The notes under the pieces: generated by a model | What the model saw: only the letters and a program-made list of their open reading frames with translations | Databases searched by the model: none | Told to the model about the DNA's origin: nothing | Position numbers and translations under genes: made by a program | Shown: positions 28,701 to 43,566 of the stretch, piece by piece | How the letters are laid out: each line of letters opens with the position of its first letter | Numbering within the stretch: position 1 is the stretch's first letter | Assembly: GCF_009914755.1 (NCBI RefSeq) | Contig: NC_060926.1 | Length of the DNA stretch: 64,000 nucleotides | From: the human T2T-CHM13v2.0 reference genome, Homo sapiens | Direction: 5' to 3' (one strand)

Positions 28701-30099
28701 TAAGCTTTTATTGTCAAAACCAGGAGCAAGGCATAGCTGAAAATAGTTTATTTAGGACTTCTCTCGGTGTCCAAAATAAGGCCAGACAAATACTCTGTCA
28801 AGTTGCCATGCTTATTATTTTCAAACAGAGGAAACTGCTTTTATTTGGAGACAAGAATAGATAACAATGGCTAGCATTTGTTGAGTTTGCTGACAAACAG
28901 GTGGCCCTCCAGCTCTTTTGAAATAATAGTTTTCAAAGTTTGGACACCCTGGAAATGTTCTGATATGTAGAGACCAGAGGTTCCTTGCCATTCTGAAAAT
29001 ACCCCACTTTAGCTAATCTGCACCTCTCACTTAGAATCCCAATGCTATTTCTCCAACATAGGGTGTTTAGCTTTTATTTAACAAGATTTTATGGTCAATG
29101 GACACTACTATACTTTCGACTTACTAAATATCAGATATTTTTCATTTTATTGGGTTTAATGCTAAGATCAGAGGCTAAAGAATTCAAACTGGATTAACAG
29201 AGACTTTGGATTCTGAATAATTCTCATGAATATTGTAGGTGTTTGATCTAAATATCAAAGTAATTTCAAATTTACTAATGTTTAAATAAATGAAAGAATA
29301 AGCATAATTGTTAGGCCAATATATTTTACATCACAGTTATTGGATTCATAAAGCATTACTAACATATAGATGCTTCCCCATATGTATAACTTTTCTAATG
29401 ATTTAATTGAAGTCAGTATCTTGGTTTGAGATGTACTTTGAGAATGAACTCAGGATATTTACTCATAAAAGTACTAGTGCAAACTAAACAAATAGCTAAT
29501 GAAGGTAGAGAGATTATAAATAATTTTAAATATTAAATTAAGTATCGGAAAATGGATTGTGCCCTTAAAAACAAATAGCTATTTTTCATTTACTTCATGC
29601 AAAATGACTTTAGAGGTTAAAAAAAAAAAATCAATGTTTCATTACCTGAAGACCTTGCTGAGGATTGAGAATATTTTTCTGCTGTTGACATCTTATTAAG
29701 ATTATTTAACAATGAAGTAATACATTTACCTCATTGGTGCTAAAATTGATATGTTTTTCAAAATACAGTCCAGAGTTTTCAGAGAAAACCTATGGATTTT
29801 TGACTCAATGTCAGTATCTATCACTAAAAGCTGTGAAATAAAACATTAAGTGTGTTGAGTCAAGAGAATAGAAAACATATTAAACAATAAAGTCCCGCCT
29901 TAGTGATGCTATTAAAAGTGGCAAAGAACATAAATATATTTTATAATGAGATTATTTTAAAAATTTCTGCTTTGCATTAATTTGCTATTGGTAATACATG
30001 TATTTTATCATTTTATAATTATGCCTTCAAAAACCTAGAAACTTTATTTATTTTAATATAGAGAAAATAGAGACATTTTATTTAAAACATAAAAACAAG

Positions 30100-30495
30100 C
30101 TTTCTTTTTGTTAACTTTGACATTAATTCAGGTTTATAGAAAGGTTCCAAGAATTGTACTTAACATTAGAATTTCCATGTGCCCTTCATTCATATTTTCT
30201 AAATGTTAAAATTTTACCGTGTTTTATCACACCCCTCTCCTTAATATATATAGAACTGTTTAAGAGTAAGTTGCAGACATGGTATTATATTTTCCCCTAA
30301 ATATCTCAGTGTGTATATCCTCAAGCCAGTTGCCTTACATAAACGCAGTACAATTACCAATGTCAGGAAATTAATATTGATATAGTACTATAAGATAATC
30401 TATAGGCATCATTTAATCAATTACCCATTACAATAATGTTGTTTATAGCAAAAACCATTCAGGTTATGCATTACATTGAGTTGTGATATCCACCT
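30100..30495 (-). mobile_element. L1MC-like 3' end
   Basis: tttatagaaaggttccaagaattgtac...agtaagttgcagacat...cagtacaattaccaatgtcaggaaattaatattgata. Confidence 0.65.
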
Positions 30496-30991
30496 CCTTT
30501 AAACACTCTCTTCTCTCCTGGAGGATTTCTTTACTAAGACTGTCTCCCCTTCTAGGTACACCTGTAGGTACCTCTCCTGTGAGCCATATTATGACCTACT
30601 GCATAATTTTTCAAATGTGGGGTTAACTTTCTCATAATGGTGATAACTTCAGAACAATCTTAACACTAAGGCAAGCTTCCCTCTTTTCTCTTCAGTGCAA
30701 TTTTACCTAAGTTGTCCTCTATGAAGGCTAGCAGGAGGAGCATAAACAAGTATTGTAGAAAATAGCTTGCTTAGATTGGATGTTTAGAGTTACTTAGAGT
30801 TAATTTGAATTTTAAAAATTTTGTCTTGTAATTATTCTAAAAACATGAGTTTTTTCTGATTTGATTTCTTGTCGTCGTTTTTTTTCCCCCTTTGGAGGAA
30901 ATGTTGGACCATTTATATTTACATCACTCCCATTGCTGGGTTATTGGGGAAACTGAAAATTCATGACTTCCTAAGTCCCCAGAACAATTAT

Positions 30992-31462
30992 GTCTTACCG
31001 TATGTTAGAAATGCTTTTGTGATTGCAAGGAAGAGGAAACATAATTCATAGGTAGGGAGTTACGCTTCCCCTTAGGAAATTGAAAGGTACAAGAGATTGT
31101 TGTAACCACACTAACAATGAGAAAAAGCTGCATATTCTATAACATCAAGCTGCTTTCCATAACACAGGCTCTTTTGATTTCATGCAGCCTCTCTTCCTTT
31201 GCATGCTGGCTTTCATTGTTTTGCATGAAGCCTCATAGTTGTCCTATGGCTGCCATTGTCTCAAGTTTAAGGCAGAAGAAAAGAAAATGGGTCTGTTCTA
31301 GCCTTCTTTTATCAGGAAAAGCAAATTTTCTTCAAAAGTGAACATCAGGCCTCCATTAACATCTCATTGGCCATAAAAGTTTGTAATTTGCTTTTTTCAG
31401 TCTCTATCGTGGAGGTGGGGAAGGAGAAGTAATTTGAGAGTGGCAGCTGGGTTAGTCAACAC
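30992..31462 (-). mobile_element. MLT1K/L-like LTR
   Basis: gttagaaatgcttttgtgattgcaagg...ttttatcaggaaaagcaaa...catctcattggcca. Confidence 0.55.
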
Positions 31463-32486
31463 AGGATCTATATACTCCTTTTATGTACCTAACAGCACTA
31501 AGTGGATTTCAAGTCACATGTGTTGAACCGAATTGCAATTTGACTGCAACCAAAATTCGCACATAGGACCATGGTCGTATTTATTTTTCCAGAAAAATCA
31601 ATGATTATTTTCATTATATGATATGTTAAGCAGAGAATAATGCCATTAGTCCTCATCTTAGGAGTCCATCAATGGTATTATAGATGGCGTTGTATTTAGA
31701 GAAAGCAAAAACAAAAAAGATCAATATTTATACAGAATACAGAAACATAAGCTATGAACATCTGACCAAAAGCAGACATTTGAAATAAAGAACACCGCCT
31801 CCATCTGACCTAGTTGATATGTCTATGAACCTTTCCCTTACCTAGCACTTACGGTGTGCTTCTGTTAGCATTGTTGCAGATAGCCAAAGGAGCGATATAT
31901 ACATAAAGTTCCTTGCACAGTGCTCAATAAAAATTGCCAGCAATGACTTGTGATTTTATTAGTGCTATAATGTTTTAGCCAGTGCAATAAGAAAAAGACA
32001 TGAAAATCATTCAGACTGGCAAAGTAGAATTAAAACTGTCTTTATTCCACACATCTATCTACGTACAAAGTCCCAAATAATCTAAAAAAAAAAAAATTCA
32101 CTAGAAGTAATTTGTGAATGTATTGAGGTTTTATAACACAAGGCCAATATTTAAAACTCAATTATATTTTTACATACTGGTTATCAACAATTGCAAATTA
32201 AAATTGAACAAATGATACTATTAATAATAACATTAAAGAAAACATAAAACATTTATTTAAGTGTACTTCTAACAAACCATGTATAGGACCTGTACACTGA
32301 AAACTAGAAAGCCTTTCTGAAATATACTAAATGAAAGAAATTAAAATGAGAGGTACTTTGTTCCAGAATCAGATGATTTAGTGTTGTTACGATATAAATT
32401 ATGTTCAAATAGATCTATGAATTAAAGTAATGCCAATCAAAATTCCAAGAGTATCTTTCTTGTTTTTTATAGAAAATTACAAGCTG

Positions 32487-32772
32487 GGCTGGGTGCAGAG
32501 GCTCATGTCTGTAATCATAGCACTTTGGGAGGCTGAGGTGAGAAAATTGCTTGAGCTCAGGAGTTCAAGACCACCCTGGGCAACATGGCAAAACCCTGTC
32601 TCTACAAAGAATAAATTAACCAGGCATGCTGGTGCATGCCTGTAGTCCCAGCTACACAGGTGGCTGAGGTAGGACGATCACTCAGGTTGCAGTAAGCCAA
32701 GATTGTGCCACTGCACTCCAGCCTGGGTGACAGAGTGAGACCCTGTCTCAAAAAAAAAAAAAGAAAGAAAGA
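32487..32772 (+). mobile_element. AluJ-like, with a short internal deletion in the right arm
   Basis: TSD aaaattacaagctg/aaaagtacaagctg. Confidence 0.93.
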
Positions 32773-33819
32773 AAAAGTACAAGCTGATTCTATAATCCTC
32801 ATGGAAATGCAAAAAACCTAGAGTTATCAAAACAATTTTGAAAACAAATAATAATGTTGGAGAACTCATTCTACCTGATTCTAAGACTTAATATAAAAGT
32901 ACAGCATCAAGACAGTATAATATTGGCATATGACTAGTTAGTATCAATGGGGCAGAAGAGAGTTTAGAAATAGACCCACATATATATATAGCCAGTTGAT
33001 TTTCAACAAAGTTGTCAAGGGAACTTGATGTAGAAATGGGTATTTTTTCAATAAACTCTGCTGGATAATTGGATATTCATATGCAAAATAGAAACAAAAC
33101 CAAAACAGAATCTCAACTTTTTCTGCATTACCTTAAAATCATATAAATTTAGCTCAAAATATATTATATATCTAAATGTAATACCTAAAGCTTTGGGGAG
33201 AAATCAAAGGAGAAAACTGTTGTGACCTTGGGTTAGGCAAAGATTTCTTACATATGACACATACATATGTATCGTACATATGATACATAGAAAGTGCAAA
33301 CCATAAAAGAAGACATTGGTAAATTATACTTCATTAAAATCAACAACTTCTGCTGTTTACAAGACAGTACTAGGAAAATGAAAATAGAAACAACAAAATG
33401 GAAATAAATATTTGCAAAACATTGATCTGATAAAAGACTTAGAGTATATATTCAAAAACTCTTAAAACTCAATAAGAAAACAAGCAATTCAATTAAAACT
33501 AGTCAATGATTTGAATAGACATGTTACCAAAGAGAAGTTATGACTGCAAATGATTACACATAAGTACATGGGAAAAATCTTCAACTTCATTAGCTAATAG
33601 GGAAATGCAAATTAAAACCTCAATGAGATAATAATACATATTTACTAGAATGATTAAAATGAAAAAGACCGACAACAGTGTTAGCAAGGATGCAGAGCAA
33701 CCAGAACTGTCATGTATTGCTGATGGAAGTACAAGATGGTATAGCCCGTTTATAAGAAAAACAGTTGGTATTTTCTTCTAAAGTTAAACCCATCTATACT
33801 CATTTTCTTGGGATAGCCC

Positions 33820-34177
33820 TGCTAAGGTGGGATCAATTCCCTATACAAAATTGATTCAGATGCCAAGACTGATGCTGGAACATATGCACCAAGAGGATAT
33901 GAAAAATTTATTACTCACACAATGTGGCTTTCTGGGAGAGCAGAGCAACCCGAAATGGCAACCTAAATGGTGGGAGCGAAGGAAGGGGTGATGGCTTTGT
34001 TATTGTGGTGAGGGCATAGGACAAAGAAAATTATGGCATGGTTTGAACTTCCCCACTGGCAACAAGGAAGGGAGCAAGCACATGGACTTTTACATGGCTT
34101 GTCCAGATGGGAAAAAATGGGAAGGGGCCGGGTGGGGCTTGAAACCTGTCTGTGATCAAACATAAAAAACGGAGTCA
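33820..34177 (-). mobile_element. MER54-like ERVL LTR
   Basis: Reverse strand tgactccgttttttatgtttgatcacagacaggtttcaagccccac...ggggaagttcaaacca. Confidence 0.7.
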
Positions 34178-34470
34178 GACCCGGTACATTGGTTCACACC
34201 TGTAATCCCAGCATTATGGGAGGCTGAGGCAGGCAGATCACTTGAGGTTAGGATTTCGAGAACAGCCTGGCCAACATGGTGAAACCCCATCTCTACTAAA
34301 AAAATACAAAAATTAGCTGGGCATGGTGGTGGGAGCCTGTAATCCTAGCTAATCAGGAGGCTGAGACAGGAGAATCACTTGAACTTGGGAGGCAGAGGTT
34401 ATAGTGACCCGAGACTGCGCTACTTGCACTCCAGCCTGAGTGACAGAGCAAGACTCTGTCTTCAAAAAAA
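34178..34470 (+). mobile_element. Alu (Sz/Sx-like) inserted near the MER54 5' end
   Basis: Full dimer; gagtca repeated on both sides. Confidence 0.93.
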
Positions 34471-36993
34471 AGAGTCACTGTATTCCACTTGTTCTATGAC
34501 CTAGCAGTTCCACTCCTAGATGTTTATCTAAGATAAATAACATATCCACAAAAAAGGTGTATGTAAGTGTTTATAATAAAAACTGGAAAGCTACTCAAAA
34601 GCCTACTGGCTGGTGAATCAATAAATAAATTGGAATACTGCTCAGAAAAAAAACAAAGGAACAATTTCTAGGTACATGCAACAACAAAGAGGAATTTCAA
34701 AAGCATTATGCTAGCTGACAGGAGCCAGGTTCAAAAGGCTAAATACAATGTAATTATAGTTGTATGTCAATCTGAAGAAGGCAAACTACAAAGGCAGAAA
34801 TCAGGTAAGTGGCTACCAGGAGCTGGAAGTTGGTAGAGGGAACTGATTTCAAAGGCACATGAGAACTTTCTGAGATAAGATCTTGATTGTGGTGGTAATT
34901 ACATGGCTGTATAGATTTCTCAAAACTCAAGAAACTATACTTCTGGAAGGTGAAATTTTCAGTACGAAAATTATACAACCATAAACATAGTAAAAATACA
35001 TCTTTGTAAGGGAAATAGTGATAATATTATTGTTTTTCATTTCTATATTAATACACTGAAGCTAAAAAAAAAAAAACTACGTAATTTACTGAACACCACC
35101 CATGTGATAAATGGCAGAGGTAGCATGTAAACACAGATCACCAAACCCTCATCCCAAGCTCTTTCACGATATTACATTTTTTTTAATCTAATACAAGTAG
35201 TTTTATAACCTTTTCTCATCAGCAGTATAACGTGGAAGAGGGTTTAAACTTGTCTGGTGTTATCCCGAAGGTAATATTATGTCCATTAGGCTGACAGATA
35301 AAAGTTATCATGTCAAATCATATTAGATTTTTATTTGTTATTATGGTGAGGATATAGGACCAAGTAGGGTATGACGTGGTTTGAACTTCCCCACTATATT
35401 GTTTTCTTAATATAAAAAACTACTTAAACAATGAAGCCTTTTTAAAAATGGGTAACTGATTGATAACATTTAGGGAAATATCAATAGGCCAGAGAAAATG
35501 GGTGTGCTGCCACAACAGCTCGTCTCTAAGTGTTCAGCCATCACTTCTGCTGGATAAAAAGGTGAAAGACATGTATTGCATTTGATAATGTAAAGTACAG
35601 TCCTAAGACCAGTGAGTACCACAGAGATGAAAAAGTTGCAATTGCTAACCTGAAGACATAAATGATAACATGTTAAAAAGCCTGTACCTACAGAAAGTGA
35701 TTGTGTATGGCCTATGTTTTAAAGCAAAGCCACAACATAATACAGTTATGTATAAGTATTTATGAAGCCTGTGTAAGAGAAAGCAAAGATTATTATCTTT
35801 TCAACCAATGGCATAAAACACTGTTCAAATTATGACAGGTATTAAGAAAAATCTATCCATAATGTCTACTGATTAAAATTAAGCAAATTTAATTAATGAA
35901 ACTGAATATAATTCCTTTTCTTATCATTGATAGATTTCAATTAAACTTTATGTTAGAGTGGTGGGATTAGGTAATTTGGACCTTTTCTTTGTATAATTGT
36001 GAAGCATTTTTGTGTTATTTCTTTTTATAATTGTGAAGGCTTTAATTTTAAAGCCTTGAGGATAAAGATATGCAGCTACAGGTAATTACTGTGTATACAA
36101 GAATAATGTAAACATCTACTGGGCTGGGACTAAATTAGAGCCTCTGAACTCAAGGGCAGAATTTAGTCCTGATCATTTGAAAATAACAGCATCCTCCCTT
36201 ATAATTATAAGATCAATGACTGACAAGATAATTAGTATATCTGATAATCAAGGTAATAGCTTTTGCAGATCTAATTAGAGTATATTCGGTTGCTTGGAAA
36301 ACATACCAAAGGTGTTAAACTAATCTTCTATACTTAAAGATGATGGCTGAATCTTAAGAAACTAATAGGAATAAGCTGTATTCCTCACTTCATAAACAGT
36401 GGGAGGCAATGAATAAATCAATATCACTCACTCATGAATTATGATTATAGTTTTAGAGCACAGTTAGGACAGAAGAGCTATCCTTTGAGGAAGGTCATCA
36501 ATTTGAATACCTAAATCCCAACCAATTGTCTGACTTGTACTATCCTTTCAATCTAACTTGAAAGATTGGATATCCTTTCAGTCTAACTTGGACAAGTATA
36601 TTAGAGACAAACTCAAGATATTTATAAATCACAAAGTTAGTCTTTCATCAGCCAAAATGTCTGTAGCAGCTTGGTCTGAGAATCACATAAGCCTGGATTT
36701 AAATCTTTGCAATGATGTGTAGACAGACCTCTGACAAATTTCACAGCGGGCATCTGTGTTTTGCCTGCACACCTTTTCGTTGGGACACAGGGCCTTTATT
36801 CTCCCTTTGGTCATAGAGCCTTTATTTTGCCTTGAAAAGTCCTCCCACATCAGTAGTGTGCAGTCTTGTTTGGGCTGTAAATTGACGCTTTACTTGATTT
36901 AATAATTGCGATGACTCTGAAGTGGGGGTTAATTTTGTCTCTATTTTTCAGATGAGGAAACTGAAGGTTAGAGATATTAATAAATCTATCCAA

Positions 36994-37400
36994 TGTAAAG
37001 ATAATCAACATTAATTAACATAAAAATAACCTCAAAATCTCAGTGGCTTCATGCAATAAAGGTGAATTTCTTCCTCATGTAAAGCCTGGTTTTTATACAA
37101 GTTTACATAGCTCTCCTGGGCAGCTTTTCTCTGGATGCCATTTCACAGATAGAGGCACTCTCCTTATTTGGGCTCTGTTATTTTGCATCTTTCAATATCA
37201 CAAGAATGTCATCTTGCCAGCAATTAAAGATGGAGTCAGGGGTTACAGAACATAAGGAAGGCACTATAGCTACACAACTACCCCAACTTAGAAGTGATAC
37301 ACATAAACTCTGACCATATTCTACTGGCTAAAATTAATCACAAGATGCAAGGAAGCCGAGACACATAGTCTTTCTTTTTGGCCAAAATGAAACTAAAATG
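36994..37400 (-). mobile_element. MLT1-like LTR relic
   Basis: aacctcaaaatctcagtggcttcatgcaataaaggtgaatttcttcctcatgt. Confidence 0.55.
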
Positions 37401-37574
37401 TAGCGCTGTCTGTTCCATAATTAAAAAACACTGGTTAATGTGGGTGGAGCCGAGATTACTGCCCCTAGCTGAATGTTGAGTTCAGACCCTTAGGCACTGT
37501 GCTGTTATACTGACGTGTGGTTGGCACTTATTAAATGCATGAGACAGTGTTAGGCAAATGGTAACTTTTTTCTA

Positions 37575-37652
37575 AGGAAGAAAGAAAGAGTGAGAGAACA
37601 AGGAAAGGAAGGAAAGAAGGAAGGGAGAAAAGGAGGAAGGGAAAGGAAATAA
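37575..37652. repeat. GA-rich polypurine tract
   Basis: Direct reading. Confidence 0.8.
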
Positions 37653-39227
37653 AGACTAGTCACGACTAGTTCAACTAAGTTTCTTTATTTTGTGTCTCTT
37701 ACCTCTCTTAATGTCATTAATGTGGTAAATTGGGGATGTAGAACAAACAGTCATATTTTAAAAATCATAATAGCTCAAGAAAAGAAAGAAATAACAGCAG
37801 AAATAAAAAGGTTACATGCAGACTGACCTACCTCCTAACTCAGCCCATTCAAGTAAGAGATTCAGCTCACTAAGCAGAATCTACTGTGATGGTGCTTTGA
37901 ATGTCAATGGCACAGTTTTGATACTCCTTGAGTCTCTGCATTTGCATGTATAATACCAATTATATGCCTCAAGTCTTCTCTGCATTTATGCCTAAAATTA
38001 GCTCCTTTTGAAGTTTTCCCAAGTATTTATTAAAAGTTTCAAGGTACTTTGTCTCTCCTGAATCCATCTTAGTTTCCCATCCAGCCCCCTCACCTGACCA
38101 CCCCTCTGCCTCAGGTGAACTTCGTGGGCTCTGTGCTGGGCTCCATGATACTTAATTAGAATAACTGGTAGAAAATATTGAAAATTAGATCAGGGGAGAG
38201 GAAACAATATTATCCTCTTATGTATGTCTCTGAAGATGTGCTAGCTCTTCTCTAAAATCCTCTCAGCATAGGAGATACTGGGCAATAACTTTCAAGAAGA
38301 TCATATAAAAGGTTCAAATGATAAACCTTTTATAAATAATAAATGAATGATAAATTAGCCTAAAATTCCTATCCAATCTTACATCTATTCTAGGCACTCT
38401 TATTGGTCTTCTCTTCCTTTGCTTCCAGCCTTAATACATGTGCCAAAGGGCAGCTGGTCCTACTCCCACCTCCACCACTAGAAACGTTCCCGGCATCCTC
38501 AAGGTCTCAGATCTTGGCCAATCTGCCTCTAAACCTCCATGAGAAGTTTAGTTTTTCTCCCTTCAGTGCAAGGCCAACATGGAGATCTTTATTTCCTGAT
38601 GCCAAAATGACAATTTTCTAGTCCCTTCAGGGAAAACCCCTCCTCCAACTGTATGTGTATGGTTTTGACCTGTGGCTCAAACAAGACAACCATACAGTAG
38701 TTTGATATCAGAATACTCACATTTTTGGTGCTATACATATTTTAAATATGACCACACATGAGATACAACAGTTTGACACAGGTGAGGCTACACTAAGCTT
38801 ACCCGAGAGCTACAAATATATGTTTTGGCCAAAAGGGAAACATACTGGTTTTCCTGAATGAACAGCCTGTATTTAATAGGTTATGCAAACTCTGTTGAAC
38901 TTAACACAGAGTTTCTGAGCCTAAAGATAGAGCTTATTCTCCCAAGACAGTTACTTAAAGACTCTTTAATGTGTGGATAAATAAATAATGAGCATACCTA
39001 ATGGTAAGGTAAATATCTGTGAAGATTAAAAATCCATGGTGATATACAGTCCCAATACACGGAAAAACATCCTATTTTATTCTGTCCGAATAGAAAGTTT
39101 GGTTTATTGACACCCATTCCCTAATAATCTCATTCAAGATTATTAACAACTTATCATAAATTTTATGACAGTTGACACACAAATAATCATTACCTAAAGA
39201 GGGGCCTAAAAGGACATTACCTAAAGG

Positions 39228-42168
39228 GACAACTTTATGCCTACAGACTTGATAACCTAGATAAAATGAACCAATTCCTTGAAAGGTACAATCTGCCAAA
39301 GCTCTCACAAGAAGAAATAAACAATTTGAACAGGCTTATTATCTGTTAAAGAAATTAAATGAATAATAACCTTCCAAAACACAAAGCACCAGGCTCAGAT
39401 GGGCTTACAGGTGAATTCTACCAAATATTTAAGGAAACAAATTACACCAATTCTCTACAGTCTTTTTCAAAAGACACAGGCAAAATAAATAATTTCTAAC
39501 TCATTCTATGTAAACAGCATTACCCTAATACCAAAACCACACAAAGACATCACAATAATAATGAGAGATCAGTATGTCTCATTAACATAGGTGCAAAAAT
39601 CTTCAATAAAATATTAGCAAATTGAATTTAATAATGTATAAAAAGAATTGTGCATAATGCCAACTGGGATTTATCCCAGGTATGCAAGCCTGGTTCAATA
39701 TTCAAAAATCAACTAATGCAATTCATCACTTTAACAAGCTAAAGAAGAAAATCATATGATCATATCAATAAATGCAGAAAAAGCATTAAAATTCAATACT
39801 TATTCATGATCAAAGCTCTCAGTTAACTAGGAATGATAACTTCATAAAGAATATCTACAAAAAACTTATGGTTAACATACTATTTAACGATGAGAAATTA
39901 TCAGCTCTCCCACTAAAATAAGAAACAAGGCAAGGATGTCCTCTCTCTTCGCTCCTTTTCAACACTACATTTGAAATTTTAGTGATGCAATAAAACAAGT
40001 AAAAGAAATAAGAGGTATACAAATTGGGGAGGAAGACATAAAACTTTGTTTATATATGATATGATTATCTGTATAGAAAATCTAAAAGAATCACTACAAA
40101 AAATCTCCAGGAACCAATAAGCAATTATGGCAAGGTTGCATACAAGATTAATAAACAAAAGTCAATTACTTCCATATATACCAGCAATGAGCAGGCGGGA
40201 TTTAAAATTAAAAGCACAATACCATTTACACTGCCACCCCAATATATGAAATAATAAAGTATAAATCTAACAAAATATGTACAAGATCTATAAGGAAAAT
40301 TACAAAACTGCAATGACAAAATCAAAGAATAAATGGAGAGTTATTCCATGTTCATAGATAAGAAGACTCAGTATTGTCAACCTGTCAGTTCTTTGCAATG
40401 TGGTCTATAATGCTATCCCAATCAAAATCCCTGAAAAGGAGTTATCTTGTGGCTATCAACCCCTGATTTTAAAGTTTATAGAAAGAGGCAAAAGACCGAG
40501 GATAGCCAACACAATGCTGAAGGAGAAGAGCAAAGTTGAAGGACTAACACTACCTAATTTCAAGACTTACTGTAAGCTATAGTAATCAAGATAGGGTGGT
40601 ATTGGCAAAGTAACAAATAGATTAATAGAAAAGAATAGAGAGGTAAGAAATAGACCCACATAAATATAGTCAGTTGATCTTTGACAAAGGAGCAAAGGCA
40701 ATACAATGGAGCAAAGATGGTCTTTTCAACAAATGGTGCTAGAACAATTGGACATCCACATGTAAAAAAACTGAATCTATACAGAGACTTTACACTCTTT
40801 ACAAAAATGAATTCAAAATGGATAACAGATCTAAATGTTTGAAAACTATAAAGCTTCTAAAAGATAACATCCCAGACAATCTAGATAACCCTAGGTTTGC
40901 TGATGACTTTTTTAGCTACAACAACACTAAAGGCACAATTTATGAAAAAGAGAGTTTAATGAAAAGAATTTTCATTAAAATTAAAACTTCTGCTCTACCA
41001 AGACACTGTCAAGAGAATGAAAAGACAAGCCACAGAATGGGAGAAAGTATTTGTGAAAGATATATCTGATAAAGAACTGTTGTTCAAAATATGGAAAGAA
41101 CTCTTAAAACTTAGCAATATGAAAACAACTTGTTTAAAAAATGAACCGATGACCTTAACAGACACCTCACCAAAGAAGATACACAGATGGCAAAAAAAAA
41201 AAAAGCATATGAAAAGATGCTCTTCATCATATCTCATTATGGAAACACAAATTAGAGCAACGATGAGCTACCATTATACATCTATTAAAATTTCCAAAAT
41301 CCAGAACACTGACAAAACCAAATTCTGGCAAGGATGTGGTGTAACAGGATCTCTCATTCATTGTTGCTGGAAACAAAAATGAAACAACCACTTTGGAAGA
41401 CAGTTCAGCAGCTTCTTACAAAACTCAATATGCTCTTACCATAAAGTTCAGCAATCACCCTTCTTGATATTTACCCAAAGACACTAATAACTAATGTCCA
41501 CACAAAAAACCTGAACATAGATGTTTATGGCAGATTTATTCATAATTGCCAAATCTTAGAAGTAACCAAGATGTTCTTCAGTAAGTGAACAGATAAACTG
41601 CGGTACATTCATACAATGGAATATTATTCAGTGCTCTAAAGAAAAATGAGATATTCAGCCATGAAAAGACATGGAAGAAACTTGAGTGTATATTATTAAG
41701 TGAAAGAACCCAATCTGAAAAGGCTACATACTGTATGATTCCAACTATAAGGCCATTCTGGAAAAGGCAAAACTATAGAGACAGTAAAAAGGTCAGTGGT
41801 TGCCAGGATACTAATGTAGGGAAGGAAGGATGGCTAGGCAGAAAGCAAAACATTTTTAGGGCAGTAAAAATATTCCATTTGGTACTATAGTGATTGATGT
41901 CTGTCAATATATATTTATCTAGACCCATGGAATGTATACCATCAAGAGTGAACCCTAATGTAAACCATGAACTTTAGGTGATAATGATGTGACAATGTAA
42001 GTTTATCAATTGTAATATAAATGCACCAGTCTGATAGAGGATATTGATAATGGGAGAGGCTATGCATGTGTAGGGGCAGGAGACGTATGGGAACTCTCTG
42101 CACTTTTTGCTCAATTTTGCTGTGAACCTGAAACTGCTCTAAAATATAAAGTCAATTTAAAAAAAAAA
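39228..42168 (+). mobile_element. L1MC1-like LINE-1, ~2.9 kb, 5'-truncated
   Basis: ORF2 remnants (ORFs 40400.., 41017..); 3' UTR caagagtgaaccctaatgtaaac...tgctcaattttgctgtgaacctgaaactgctct; A-tail. Confidence 0.9.
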
Positions 42169-42441
42169 GAAGCAAGCTCAAAATGTATTTAATTCAAATT
42201 TTGTGCAATCTTTAAAATTCTCCAATGCTTCACAGAGACCCTGCTTTTTGGATTTTGAGTCTTGCCATATTTTGGTAATGTGTGAGCCAGCAGCAACAAT
42301 GAGCATTCATAGAAAAAGACTTTGGAAATTACTGTGTGATTCCAATACAGTATATCATAAACCAAGCCCCCAGAAGAGAGAATTTTCAATGTCACCATTT
42401 TAGGGTACCACTATAATTCTTTTTATACTCAACTAACTTCA

Positions 42442-42769
<328 letters not shown>

Positions 42770-42832
42770 TTAAAAAAAAAATAAAAAAAAGAAAAAGAGT
42801 ACACAATCTTATCTCATGGCACTCCTACAAAT

Positions 42833-42837
42833 ACACA

Positions 42838-42888
<51 letters not shown>
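42833..42888. repeat. (CA)n microsatellite with one interruption
   Basis: Direct reading. Confidence 0.95.
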
Positions 42889-42891
<3 letters not shown>

Positions 42892-43457
42892 TCAGCTTTT
42901 CAGAGCCTGGTAACTTTTTCCCATATTCTTCCAAAAAAGCAGTGTTTGAGGACACAACCCACTGACTGACAAGAGAAGATATTTCACTGAGCTGAATTCA
43001 CCAGTATGAGATGCCTTTCTTCAATGACAAGTAACATTGACTTCCAAGATAGTGCTATTTGTCAAGAGTAAAAGTTACTTTCTTGAATGATTTTTTTTTT
43101 GTAGAAATACATTTTTGGTCTGTAATGTTACTTTTTGTAATGTATTTGTCATTAAAATTATGGTTTCATAAAATGAATTCCCCTATGACTTCTGAAAGCA
43201 TTTCGGTAAATTTTTTTTATTATTTCTTCCTTAAATGTTTGATAGAATTCTCTTGTGGGACATCTGGGCCTGGAGGCTTCTTTGGGGGAGAGTTTGTATT
43301 TTTAAGTTCAATTTCCTTAACAAATATTAGTCTATCAATATTTTCGTTTGATGTATCAGTTTAGGTAAGTTGTGATTTTCACGGATTACATAAAGTTATT
43401 CATAATGTTTAATTGGTAAGCTTTTCATTGTTATAGGATCTTTCATTCCTTATATTG

Positions 43458-43566
43458 TTTTCCTTTCCTCTCTCCTTCTCCCTCCCCTCTGTCTTCTTCT
43501 GCCTCCTCCTCTCCCTCGTCCTTCTCCTCCTTCTTCCTTCCTTCCTCTTTCTTCTTTTTCTTCTAT
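43458..43566. repeat. CT-rich polypyrimidine tract
   Basis: Direct reading. Confidence 0.85.

Larger units (their letters stand above)
31965..34995 (+). mobile_element. Old L1 (L1ME-like) ORF2 3' part plus 3' UTR, split by two Alus and a MER54 LTR
   Basis: agccagtgcaataaga, agaaatagacccaca, ttaggcaaagatttctt, gggaaatgcaaattaaaac; many stops. Confidence 0.85.

Noticed and set aside
28310-28864. Longest ORF in the window (184 aa)
   Set aside because: Lies mostly in an MLT1 LTR, has a non-ATG start, and shows no recognisable domain.
40400-41382. ORFs resembling reverse-transcriptase-associated protein
   Set aside because: Fragments of a decayed L1MC1 ORF2 with many stops and frameshifts.
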